From Candidatus Fervidifonticultor secundus (GTDB lineage Bacteria > Sysuimicrobiota > Sysuimicrobiia > Sysuimicrobiales > Humicultoraceae), in the NCBI GenBank assembly GCA_031459385.1, contig JAVKIP010000003.1, positions 113,006 through 177,005 on the forward strand: DNA of 64,000 bases. The letters run 5' to 3'. This document shows, piece by piece, positions 34,372 to 42,806 of this stretch (its first letter is position 1; every line of letters starts with the position of its first letter). The position numbers and the translations under genes are program-made. The notes beneath the pieces are model-generated. The model was given only the letters and a program-made list of their open reading frames with translations. It was not told the DNA's origin and ran no database searches.

Positions 34372-35777
34372 AAAGAGGCACGATGCGGCCCGCCGGCGCC
34401 GGGCGCCTGCGCCGCACGCCGGCGGGCGGCCAGGCTGGCGCGGCGCTGCTCTCGGTGGTGCTCTTCCTGCTGCTGATCCTGATGGTCACGGTGGGTGTCA
34501 TGGCGGTGGTCCGCAGCGACCTGGCGGCCGGCATCCGCCAGCAGCAGGCCGTGCAGGTCTTCAACGTGGCGGAGGCGGGCGTGCACTACGCCATCGCGCG
34601 CCTGCAGACCTCTGGGGCGAACCGGTACGACGGGGCCACGGTCCCCATCACCGACGGCAGCACCACCATCGGGACCGCCACCATCCAGGTCCGCTGCCTG
34701 GACGGCACCCTCCCGAGCGCCAGCGCCTGCAACGGTGCCGAGCCGGCCTACCGGCGGATCGCCTCCACCGGAACGCTCACGGTGGCAGGACCCCGTCGGG
34801 TGGTGACGGCGGTGGTCGAGGGCACGACCTCAGTGACACGGACCTACGCGGTGTGCGCCTACGACGCCCTGACCCTCGACCAGCAGGTGACGGTCTACGG
34901 GTCGGTGGGCACCAACGGCATTATGACGCTCAGCGGGCCCAACAACCTCAACCGTGCGGCGATCTGCGACTCCACCCCGGGCGGGCTGGGCGGCCGGTGC
35001 GGCACGCCCAATCCCGCACCCGCCAGCTCGTTCACGGCCGGCGCCTCCGCCGTGGGGACCATCACGTGCAACGGGGGCGGCTGTGCCAACCAGGTGGAAG
35101 GGCCGACGACACCCAACCAGCCGGCCGGGTCGGTATGCCCGACGGTCACGCTCCCGGGCTGGGGGCCCCCGGGCACCACGCCCCTGTCGGTGCCCCTCGG
35201 CAGCACGGTGTTCGCCAACCCCGCCACCAACTACGGCTCCGTGACGCTGGCGGATACGCCCGGCAACCCCAACCCCTGCCCGTCGGACCCCGCGCAGCGC
35301 GCCACGCTGGTGCTGGACGCGGGCAGCGACCCCACCGCGACGGTCACGTTCCAGATGGCCACGCTGTCGGTCGGCAAGTGCGCCCGCGTCGAGATCCGCG
35401 GGCAGGGGAAGGTCGAACTGCGGTTGCTCGCGCCGACCACCACGGCGCTGCGCACCGTCCAGCGCTCGGTCCTGGGGACCACCTCGCAGACCGTCGGCAG
35501 CGAGGTGGCCGTGGAGGGCCACCGGTTCACGGTCAAGGTGGTGTCCACCCACTCGACCGCCGCCGTCGACTTCAACCAGTCGGGCTTGATCGCCGGCACG
35601 TTCATCGTGCCCAACGGCGGGTTCCACCTGGACCAGGCACAGATCACCAACGGCGCGATCCTGGCGAGGGCCGTCGACTTCGACCAGGGCACCACCTTCA
35701 CGTGGGACCCGCGGTCGATCATCGGCGACCAGGTCTACGGCGACTTTCGCCGGCTGCGAGCCTGGAAGGACCAGTAG
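34368..35777 (+). CDS. Module 4 X: PilX/GspK-like minor pilin (469 aa)
   Basis: ATG 34368 overlaps the upstream stop (ATGA). The N-terminus is ...PAGGQAG|AALLSVVLFLLLILMVTVGVMAVVRSDLAAGIRQQQAVQVFNVAEAGVHYA. The C-terminus is ...FRRLRAWKDQ. Confidence 0.7.
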   Translation: MKRGTMRPAGAGRLRRTPAGGQAGAALLSVVLFLLLILMVTVGVMAVVRSDLAAGIRQQQAVQVFNVAEAGVHYAIARLQTSGANRYDGATVPITDGSTTIGTATIQVRCLDGTLPSASACNGAEPAYRRIASTGTLTVAGPRRVVTAVVEGTTSVTRTYAVCAYDALTLDQQVTVYGSVGTNGIMTLSGPNNLNRAAICDSTPGGLGGRCGTPNPAPASSFTAGASAVGTITCNGGGCANQVEGPTTPNQPAGSVCPTVTLPGWGPPGTTPLSVPLGSTVFANPATNYGSVTLADTPGNPNPCPSDPAQRATLVLDAGSDPTATVTFQMATLSVGKCARVEIRGQGKVELRLLAPTTTALRTVQRSVLGTTSQTVGSEVAVEGHRFTVKVVSTHSTAAVDFNQSGLIAGTFIVPNGGFHLDQAQITNGAILARAVDFDQGTTFTWDPRSIIGDQVYGDFRRLRAWKDQ

Positions 35778-35798
35778 GCGCCCGAGAGGGGCCCGGCG

Positions 35799-35846
35799 CA
35801 CACGCCGGGTGACGCCGCGCCCGCGTCACCCGGCGTTGTGTTTGTC
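35799..35846 (+). terminator. Intrinsic terminator after module 4 (hairpin shared with convergent ppa)
   Basis: CACACGCCGGGTGACGC (35799-35815) pairs with GCGTCACCCGGCGTTGTG (35823-35840) to give a 17-bp stem with one bulged T. The stem is followed by TTTGT. The ppa stop codon lies inside the 3' arm. Confidence 0.55.
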
Positions 35847-36437
35847 GCCGGTCCCGCGTCCTGTGCCCCGAGGCGAAGGAGAGCGCCGCGCGCTATCGAC
35901 AGCCGTTGTGGCGGGCGGCGATCCGGATCGGATGGGTCGCAGACGGCCCGTCGCGAACCGCTCCCGCGCTTCCGCTACTAGCCGCCAGGCCTCGGGGGCC
36001 GGAGCCCAGCCGTAGATCTCGACCGCCTTCTCCTCCAGGGTCTTGTACACGGTGAAGAAGTGCTCGACCTCTTTCAGGAAGTGGGGCGGCACGCCGTTCA
36101 GGTCGGTGACGTCCGCAAAGCGCGGGTCACCCACGGGCACCGCCAGGATCTTCTGGTCGACGCCCTTCTCGTCCCGCATGTTCAGGACGCCGATGGGTCG
36201 TACCTCGACCAGGCACCCCGGGAACGTTGGCTCGTAGGTGAAAATCAGGACGTCCAGGTGGTCGCCGTCCTCCGCCAGGGTCTCCTCAATGAACCCGTAG
36301 TCGGCCGGGTAGTGCAGCGGCGAGTAGAGCACGCGGTCCAGGCGCAGCCGGCTGGCGGCGGCATCCCATTCGTACTTGTTGCGGCTGCCTCGCGCGATCT
36401 CCACCAACGCCCAGACGGTAGGCCCGGGCCGCGACAT
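35826..36437 (-). CDS. ppa: Inorganic pyrophosphatase (family I)
   Basis: ATG at 36437. VEIARGSRNKYEWD, PADYGFIEETLAEDGDHLDVL and MRDEKGVDQKILAVP are present. A C-terminal extension of roughly 35 aa runs into the terminator hairpin. Confidence 0.9.
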   Translation of the reverse strand: MSRPGPTVWALVEIARGSRNKYEWDAAASRLRLDRVLYSPLHYPADYGFIEETLAEDGDHLDVLIFTYEPTFPGCLVEVRPIGVLNMRDEKGVDQKILAVPVGDPRFADVTDLNGVPPHFLKEVEHFFTVYKTLEEKAVEIYGWAPAPEAWRLVAEARERFATGRLRPIRSGSPPATTAVDSARRSPSPRGTGRGTGDKHNAG

Positions 36438-36439
36438 GC

Positions 36440-36850
36440 TCACCCTCTCGCCTCCTCCACCGCGGCCAGGGTCTGGGCCAGCGCGGCCACCCGACGCCCC
36501 AGCTCGTCGCGGACCGCGCGGTAGCCCTCGAGCCCGCCGCCAGCGGGGTTGGGCAGCGGCCAGTGCTCGCTGCGTACGCCCGGCACCACCGGGCAGGCCT
36601 CCTCCGCGCACAGCCCCACGATCAGGGCCACGTCGGGGCCCAGCGCCGCCTCCAGGGCCACGGGCCGATGCTGGCTGATGTCGAGGCCGACCTCGCGCAT
36701 CGCCTCCACCGCTTCCGGACGCACGCGCTCGCCGGGTTCCGTGCCCGCGGAACCCGCCCGCCAGCCAGCCGGCGCCACCGCGTTGAACAGCGCGGCGGCC
36801 ATCGGCGAGCGGGCGGTGTTGTGATGTCAGACGAACAGGACGCGCGGCAT
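36440..36850 (-). CDS. arsC: Arsenate reductase (thioredoxin-coupled LMW-PTP/ArsC family) with in-frame TGA at the catalytic Cys codon (selenocysteine candidate or pseudogene)
   Basis: The minus strand reads ATG(36850) CCG CGC GTC CTG TTC GTC TGA(36829-36827) CAT CAC AAC ACC GCC CGC TCG, which translates MPRVLFV*HHNTARSPMAAALFN. This aligns with the P-loop (V/I)LF(V/I)C-x2-N-x2-RS of ArsC/LMW-PTP. Downstream, ...SAGTEP...GLCAEEACP keeps the two resolving Cys residues. The ORF track only reports the part after the TGA (36440-36802). Confidence 0.6.
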
Positions 36851-36953
36851 GGCTCCAGGATACCACAGGCCCGCGGCTACGCCCCGCCCGGCCGCACGGT
36901 GACACGGTGACAGGGACGCCCGGAGGGCCTAGCATCGAGGTGGAGGGGGTGCG

Positions 36954-37715
36954 ATGCTGCTCGCGCTGGACATCGGCAACACCAACGTCAAGCTCGGGGC
37001 ATTCCGAGGATCGGAGCTACTGGCGACCTGGCGGGTCGCGACCGATGCGCGGCGGACGCCGGATGAGTACGCGGCGCTGGTGGCAGCGCTGCTGGGCATG
37101 CGTGGGATGACCCCGGCGCGGGTGGAGCGGGTGGTGCTGTGCAGTGTCGTGCCGCCGCTCACCGCAGTGTTTCGCGAGGTTGCGCGCGACGTGTTTGGCG
37201 CGGTCCCGCTGGTCGTCGGCGAGAACGTCGAGACCGGGCTGCGCGTGCTCTACGACCCGCCCTCCGACGTCGGGGCCGACCGGCTGGTGGCGTCGACCGC
37301 GGCCTACCGGCGCCTGGGCGGACCGGTGATCGTGGTGGAGTTCGGAACCGCCACGGTGTTCGACGCGGTCTCGGATGCCGGCGAGTACCTCGGCGGCGCC
37401 ATCCACCCTGGCCTCCAGCTGGCGGCTGAGGCCCTGTTCACGGGCACCTCCCAGCTTCGTCGCATCGAGCTGCGTCGGCCGGCGGCGGCCATCGGCCGCA
37501 CGACAATTGCCGCGATCCAGTCCGGGGTGGTGCTGGGACACGTCGGCATGGTCGAGGGCATGGTTGCGCGGTTCCGGCGCGAGGTGGGCGAGCGCGCCCA
37601 GGTGGTGGCCACGGGCGGGCTCGCGCGGCTGATCGCCGCAGAGACGCCCGTCTTCGCTGCCGTCGACGAGGACCTGATCCTGCACGGCCTGCGGCTCATC
37701 GCCGAGGCCACCTGA
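36954..37715 (+). CDS. coaX: Type III pantothenate kinase
   Basis: MLLALDIGNTNVKLGAF, VGADRLV and VVEFGTATVFD are present. Confidence 0.9.
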   Translation: MLLALDIGNTNVKLGAFRGSELLATWRVATDARRTPDEYAALVAALLGMRGMTPARVERVVLCSVVPPLTAVFREVARDVFGAVPLVVGENVETGLRVLYDPPSDVGADRLVASTAAYRRLGGPVIVVEFGTATVFDAVSDAGEYLGGAIHPGLQLAAEALFTGTSQLRRIELRRPAAAIGRTTIAAIQSGVVLGHVGMVEGMVARFRREVGERAQVVATGGLARLIAAETPVFAAVDEDLILHGLRLIAEAT

Positions 37716-37753
37716 CGGCGCCACGGCCGGCGCCGGGACGGGGGACGGCCAGC

Positions 37754-38977
37754 ATGCCCACGGTGCTCCACGGCAAACACATCGTCCTGGGGGTCACGGG
37801 CAGCATCGCGGCTTTCAAAGCCGCCGACCTGGCGAGCAAGCTCACGCAGCACGGCGCAGCTGTGGACGTAGTGCTCACGCCGGACGCCGCCCGGTTCGTC
37901 ACGCCGCTCACGTTCCAGGCCCTGACCCATCGCCCGGTCACCACCGACCTCTTCGACCCGCGGGCCGCGATCGCCATGGATCACGTGGCCCTGGCGCAGC
38001 GGGCCGACGTCATCGTCGTCTGCCCGGCGACGGCGCACACGCTGGCACGGCTGGCGCTGGGCCTGGCCGATGACGCGCTGGCGGCCACGGTGCTGGCTTC
38101 GCGCGCGCCGCTGGTGGTGGTTCCGGCGATGGACGCCCAGATGTTCGACCACCCGGCGGTGCAGGAGCACGTGGCGCGGCTGCACGCGCGGGGCGCCCGC
38201 ATCGTCGGCCCCATGGAGGGTCGGCTCGCCTCGGGGCTGGTTGGCCGCGGGCGCATGGCCGAGGTTCCGGAGGTGCTGGGCCACCTGCGCGCGGTGCTCG
38301 GCGCGGCGACCGGGGACCTGCGGGGTACGACGATCGTGGTGACCGCAGGCGGCACGCGAGAGCCGCTGGACCCCGTGCGGGTGCTGACCAACCGGTCGTC
38401 GGGCAAGATGGGCTACGCGGTGGCCGAGGCGGCCAGGGATCGCGGGGCGCGCGCGATCCTGATCACCGCGCCGACGGCGCTCCCCGACCCGCCGGGCGTG
38501 GACGTCCGACGGGTGGAGACCGCCCTGGAGATGCGGGAGGCCGTCCTGGCGGCCTGCCGCGATGCCGACGCCCTGGTCATGACCGCGGCGGTGGCCGACT
38601 ACCGCCCCGCGGCACCGGCCCCGCAGAAGGTGAAGAAGGGCGCGCCCACCTGGACCGTCGAGCTCGTGGAGACCCCCGACATCCTCACCGAGGCCGGCGC
38701 GGCCGCGCCGGCGCTGGTCCGGGTGGGCTTTGCCGCCGAGACGACGGACCTGGTGGCGGCCGCCCGCGCCAAACTGGTGCGCAAGGGGCTCGACCTGATC
38801 GCCGCCAACGACGTCTCGGCAGCCGGCAGTGGGTTCGGCGCCGACACGAACCGCCTGGTCCTCATCGATCGCGAGGGGCGGGTCGAGGACCTGCCCGTGC
38901 TCCCCAAGTTCGACGCCGCCTGGATCCTCCTGGACCGCGTCAGGGCCCTGCTGGCGTCTGGGTGGACGCGCCCCTAG
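37754..38977 (+). CDS. coaBC: Bifunctional phosphopantothenoylcysteine decarboxylase / phosphopantothenate-cysteine ligase
   Basis: The flavoprotein N-domain has GKHIVLGVTGSIAAFKAADLASKL. The C-domain has VTAGGTREPLDPVRVLTNRSSGKMG and AAVADYRP. Confidence 0.92.
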   Translation: MPTVLHGKHIVLGVTGSIAAFKAADLASKLTQHGAAVDVVLTPDAARFVTPLTFQALTHRPVTTDLFDPRAAIAMDHVALAQRADVIVVCPATAHTLARLALGLADDALAATVLASRAPLVVVPAMDAQMFDHPAVQEHVARLHARGARIVGPMEGRLASGLVGRGRMAEVPEVLGHLRAVLGAATGDLRGTTIVVTAGGTREPLDPVRVLTNRSSGKMGYAVAEAARDRGARAILITAPTALPDPPGVDVRRVETALEMREAVLAACRDADALVMTAAVADYRPAAPAPQKVKKGAPTWTVELVETPDILTEAGAAAPALVRVGFAAETTDLVAAARAKLVRKGLDLIAANDVSAAGSGFGADTNRLVLIDREGRVEDLPVLPKFDAAWILLDRVRALLASGWTRP

Positions 38978-39036
38978 CAGGGAACCGCCCGCGGCGATGG
39001 AATGCACACGTAGCCAGACCCAGGAGGACTCCCGGC

Positions 39037-39654
39037 ATGGCGTTGCGCCTGCTCCCCCGCGAGGAGATCTTCTTCGAGCTGTTCAACCAGGCGGCCGACA
39101 ACGTGCTCGAAGCCGCCCGCAAGCTGCAGGAACTGCTGGACGACTACAGGGACGTCGAGTCCCGTGCGGCCGCGATCAAGGCCCTGGAGGACCGCGGCGA
39201 CGAGCTCACCCACACCATCATCGACCGGCTCAACCGCACCTTCGTGGCGCCGCTGGACCGTGAGGACATCTTCGCGCTGGCCAAGCAGCTGGACGACGTC
39301 CTGGACTGGATCGAGGCCTCATCGGCGCGCATGGCCATCTACCACATCGCGCGCGCCACGCCCGAGGCCCGCGAGCTGGGCCACATCATCGCCAGCGCCT
39401 GCCAGGCCATCGTCGAGGCGATCCGCGATCTCCGCCGGCTCGACCGGGTCGGCGCCACGCTCCGCGAGATCAACCGGCTCGAGAACCTGGCCGACCATGT
39501 GCAGCGCGATGCCATCGCCAAACTGTTCGCCGCCGGCGGCGACCCCATCGAGATCATCAAGTGGAAAGAGGTCTACGAAACGCTGGAAGAGGCCACCGAC
39601 CAGGCCGAGCATGTCGCGCACCTGCTCGAGGGCATGCAGGCCAAGCATCTCTAG
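39037..39654 (+). CDS. DUF47 family (PhoU-like) phosphate-transport regulator
   Basis: ATG 39037 follows CAGGAGGA. FFELFNQAADNV, EDRGDELTH, FVAPLDREDI and the pairing with a Pit-type transporter support the call. Confidence 0.8.
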   Translation: MALRLLPREEIFFELFNQAADNVLEAARKLQELLDDYRDVESRAAAIKALEDRGDELTHTIIDRLNRTFVAPLDREDIFALAKQLDDVLDWIEASSARMAIYHIARATPEARELGHIIASACQAIVEAIRDLRRLDRVGATLREINRLENLADHVQRDAIAKLFAAGGDPIEIIKWKEVYETLEEATDQAEHVAHLLEGMQAKHL

Positions 39655-39692
39655 GAGGCGCCGCTGGCTGGCCGGCCGTCCCCCCCTCGCTG

Positions 39693-40688
39693 ATGCCGAC
39701 CGTCCTCCCCCTGGGGTTGCTGCCCGTCCTGGTGCTGGTGCTGGCCGCCGAGTTCGTCAACGGGTGGACCGACGCGCCCAACGCCATCGCCACGGTGGTC
39801 TCCACCCGGGTCCTGACGCCGTCAGTGGCGGTCGTCGTCGCCACGGTCCTCAACGTGGTCGGCGTGATGTCGGGCACCGCCGTGGCCGCCACCATCGGCA
39901 CGGGGATCGTGCGGGCCGACGTCATCGACCCGGTCACCATCGCGGCGGCCATGACGGCCATCGTCATCTGGAGCACGCTGGCATGGCTGCGCGGGCTGCC
40001 GACCAGCGAGAGCCACGCGCTGGTCGCCTCGCTGGCCGGCGCCGGCCTGGCCACCGCCGGGCCCGCCGCCCTGCTGTGGGACGGCTGGCGCAAGGTGCTG
40101 CTCGGCCTGGGCTTCTCGACCCTGCTGGGCTTCGCCGGCGGCTTCCTGTTGATGCTCACGATCAGCTGGCTGTTCCGGCGCACGCCGCTGGGAGCGGTCC
40201 GCCGGCTGTTCGGGCGGCTGCAGATCCTGTCGGCAGGCTTCATGGCCTTCAGCCACGGCAGCAACGACGGGCAGAAGTTCATGGGGGTCTTCGTCCTGAC
40301 GCTGGTGCTGGGGGGTGTGCTGCCGGAGTTCCGGATCCCCTTCTGGGTGATCGTGCTGTGCGCGCTGACCATGGGGCTGGGCACGGCCCTCGGGGGCTGG
40401 CGCATCGTGCACACCATGGGCATGCGGCTGACCAAGCTGGAGCCCTTCCAGGGCTTCTCCGCCGAAACGGCGGCCGCCACGGCCATCGAGGCGGCCAGCC
40501 GGCTGGGCATTCCGGTCAGCACGACCCACACGATCAACACCGCCATCATGGGGGTCGGGGCGACCCGCCGCCTGTCCGCGGTGCGCTGGGGCGTGGGTCT
40601 GGAGATTGTGACCGCGTGGATCCTCACGTTTCCGGTCTGCGCGCTCGTGGCCGCCGTGGTCGCGCGGTGCCTGCGGGCCGTGTTCTGA
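39693..40688 (+). CDS. pit: Inorganic phosphate transporter (PiT/PHO4 family)
   Basis: ATG 39693. AAEFVNGWTDAPNAIATVVSTR and FSHGSNDGQKFMGV are the duplicated PHO4 signatures. Confidence 0.88.
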   Translation: MPTVLPLGLLPVLVLVLAAEFVNGWTDAPNAIATVVSTRVLTPSVAVVVATVLNVVGVMSGTAVAATIGTGIVRADVIDPVTIAAAMTAIVIWSTLAWLRGLPTSESHALVASLAGAGLATAGPAALLWDGWRKVLLGLGFSTLLGFAGGFLLMLTISWLFRRTPLGAVRRLFGRLQILSAGFMAFSHGSNDGQKFMGVFVLTLVLGGVLPEFRIPFWVIVLCALTMGLGTALGGWRIVHTMGMRLTKLEPFQGFSAETAAATAIEAASRLGIPVSTTHTINTAIMGVGATRRLSAVRWGVGLEIVTAWILTFPVCALVAAVVARCLRAVF

Positions 40689-40713
40689 GCGCCAGAGCGG
40701 CGCGCTCGTTTAA

Positions 40714-41955
<1,242 letters not shown>

Positions 41956-42281
41956 ACGAAACGGGCGATGCCGCCATGTGCACCGCCCGTTTCTGAAGAC
42001 GCAACGATGACGACCGCTTCCACTATAACAGGGAACTGGGAACTGCGCAATGCCTTGGATCGCTGGCTTCCTGGAGTTCTTCCTGAGCGTGCCGCTCGCA
42101 GAACTCCAGCGGGTCAGGATATGGTGCAGCGGGCGCGGCGGGCCCGGCAGCCGCGGGCACAGCCGCTGCTGCCGAGCGTGGGGACCCCGTGGCCAGGTAT
42201 CCTAGGACATTGCGGCCATCATACGTATTGTTAGTACATCCCCTGTCCGTTCCAAGGGATTCGGCCGATGATACTGGCAGG

Positions 42282-42806
42282 ATGGAACGCGCGGTGCGGC
42301 AGCTCATGCGGGTCGGGAACAGCACGGCCGTGACCCTGCCTCCGGGGCGCCTGGCGTTCCTGGGGCTGGACCGCGGGTCGCTCGTGGAGATCCGGGATGG
42401 CCTCGGAGGCCTCCTGGTCCGGCCGGTTGGCCTGTGGGCGCTGCCGGCGGCAAGGGAGTCGGGCCGTGGCAGCGCCCACACCGCTGCGGCGCTCGCCCAG
42501 GACTTTCGGATGGCCCTGACGTCCATCTACGGGCGGCGTCTCCAAACCGTGCACCGGGAACATCCCACCGCCGGAGAAGTGCGGTTTTGGGTGGTACTCG
42601 ACCGGATCGACGACTACGCCGCCGAGATTGAGCGGACGGGAGAGCTGGTGGCCACGCTGTCTGTCATCCACGGGCTCACGGTGAGCCGCGTCTTCGTCCC
42701 AGCACAGGCGTGGAGCCGCTGGAAGCGGCGAGTTGGACACCGGATGGAGCCCCTGCAACGTCTCGCCGGCGACGATCGGCGTGCGGCACGTGGAGAGCAC
42801 GCGTGA
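42282..42806 (+). CDS. AbrB/SpoVT-type DNA-binding domain fused to a degenerate nucleotidyltransferase (MNT-like) domain; putative antitoxin
   Basis: ATG 42282. MERAVRQLMRVGNSTAVTLPPGRLAFLGLDRGSLVEIR is a looped-hinge AbrB-like domain. IYGRRLQTV..GEVRFWVVLDRIDD then resembles the hG(S/G)..D.D nucleotidyltransferase core but is degenerate. Confidence 0.45.
   Translation: MERAVRQLMRVGNSTAVTLPPGRLAFLGLDRGSLVEIRDGLGGLLVRPVGLWALPAARESGRGSAHTAAALAQDFRMALTSIYGRRLQTVHREHPTAGEVRFWVVLDRIDDYAAEIERTGELVATLSVIHGLTVSRVFVPAQAWSRWKRRVGHRMEPLQRLAGDDRRAARGEHA

Noticed and set aside
20273-35846. The pilin block, considered as a genomic island or mobile element.
   Set aside because: I could see no integrase, transposase, tRNA gene, flanking direct repeats or obvious compositional break. 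I therefore do not call it a mobile element.
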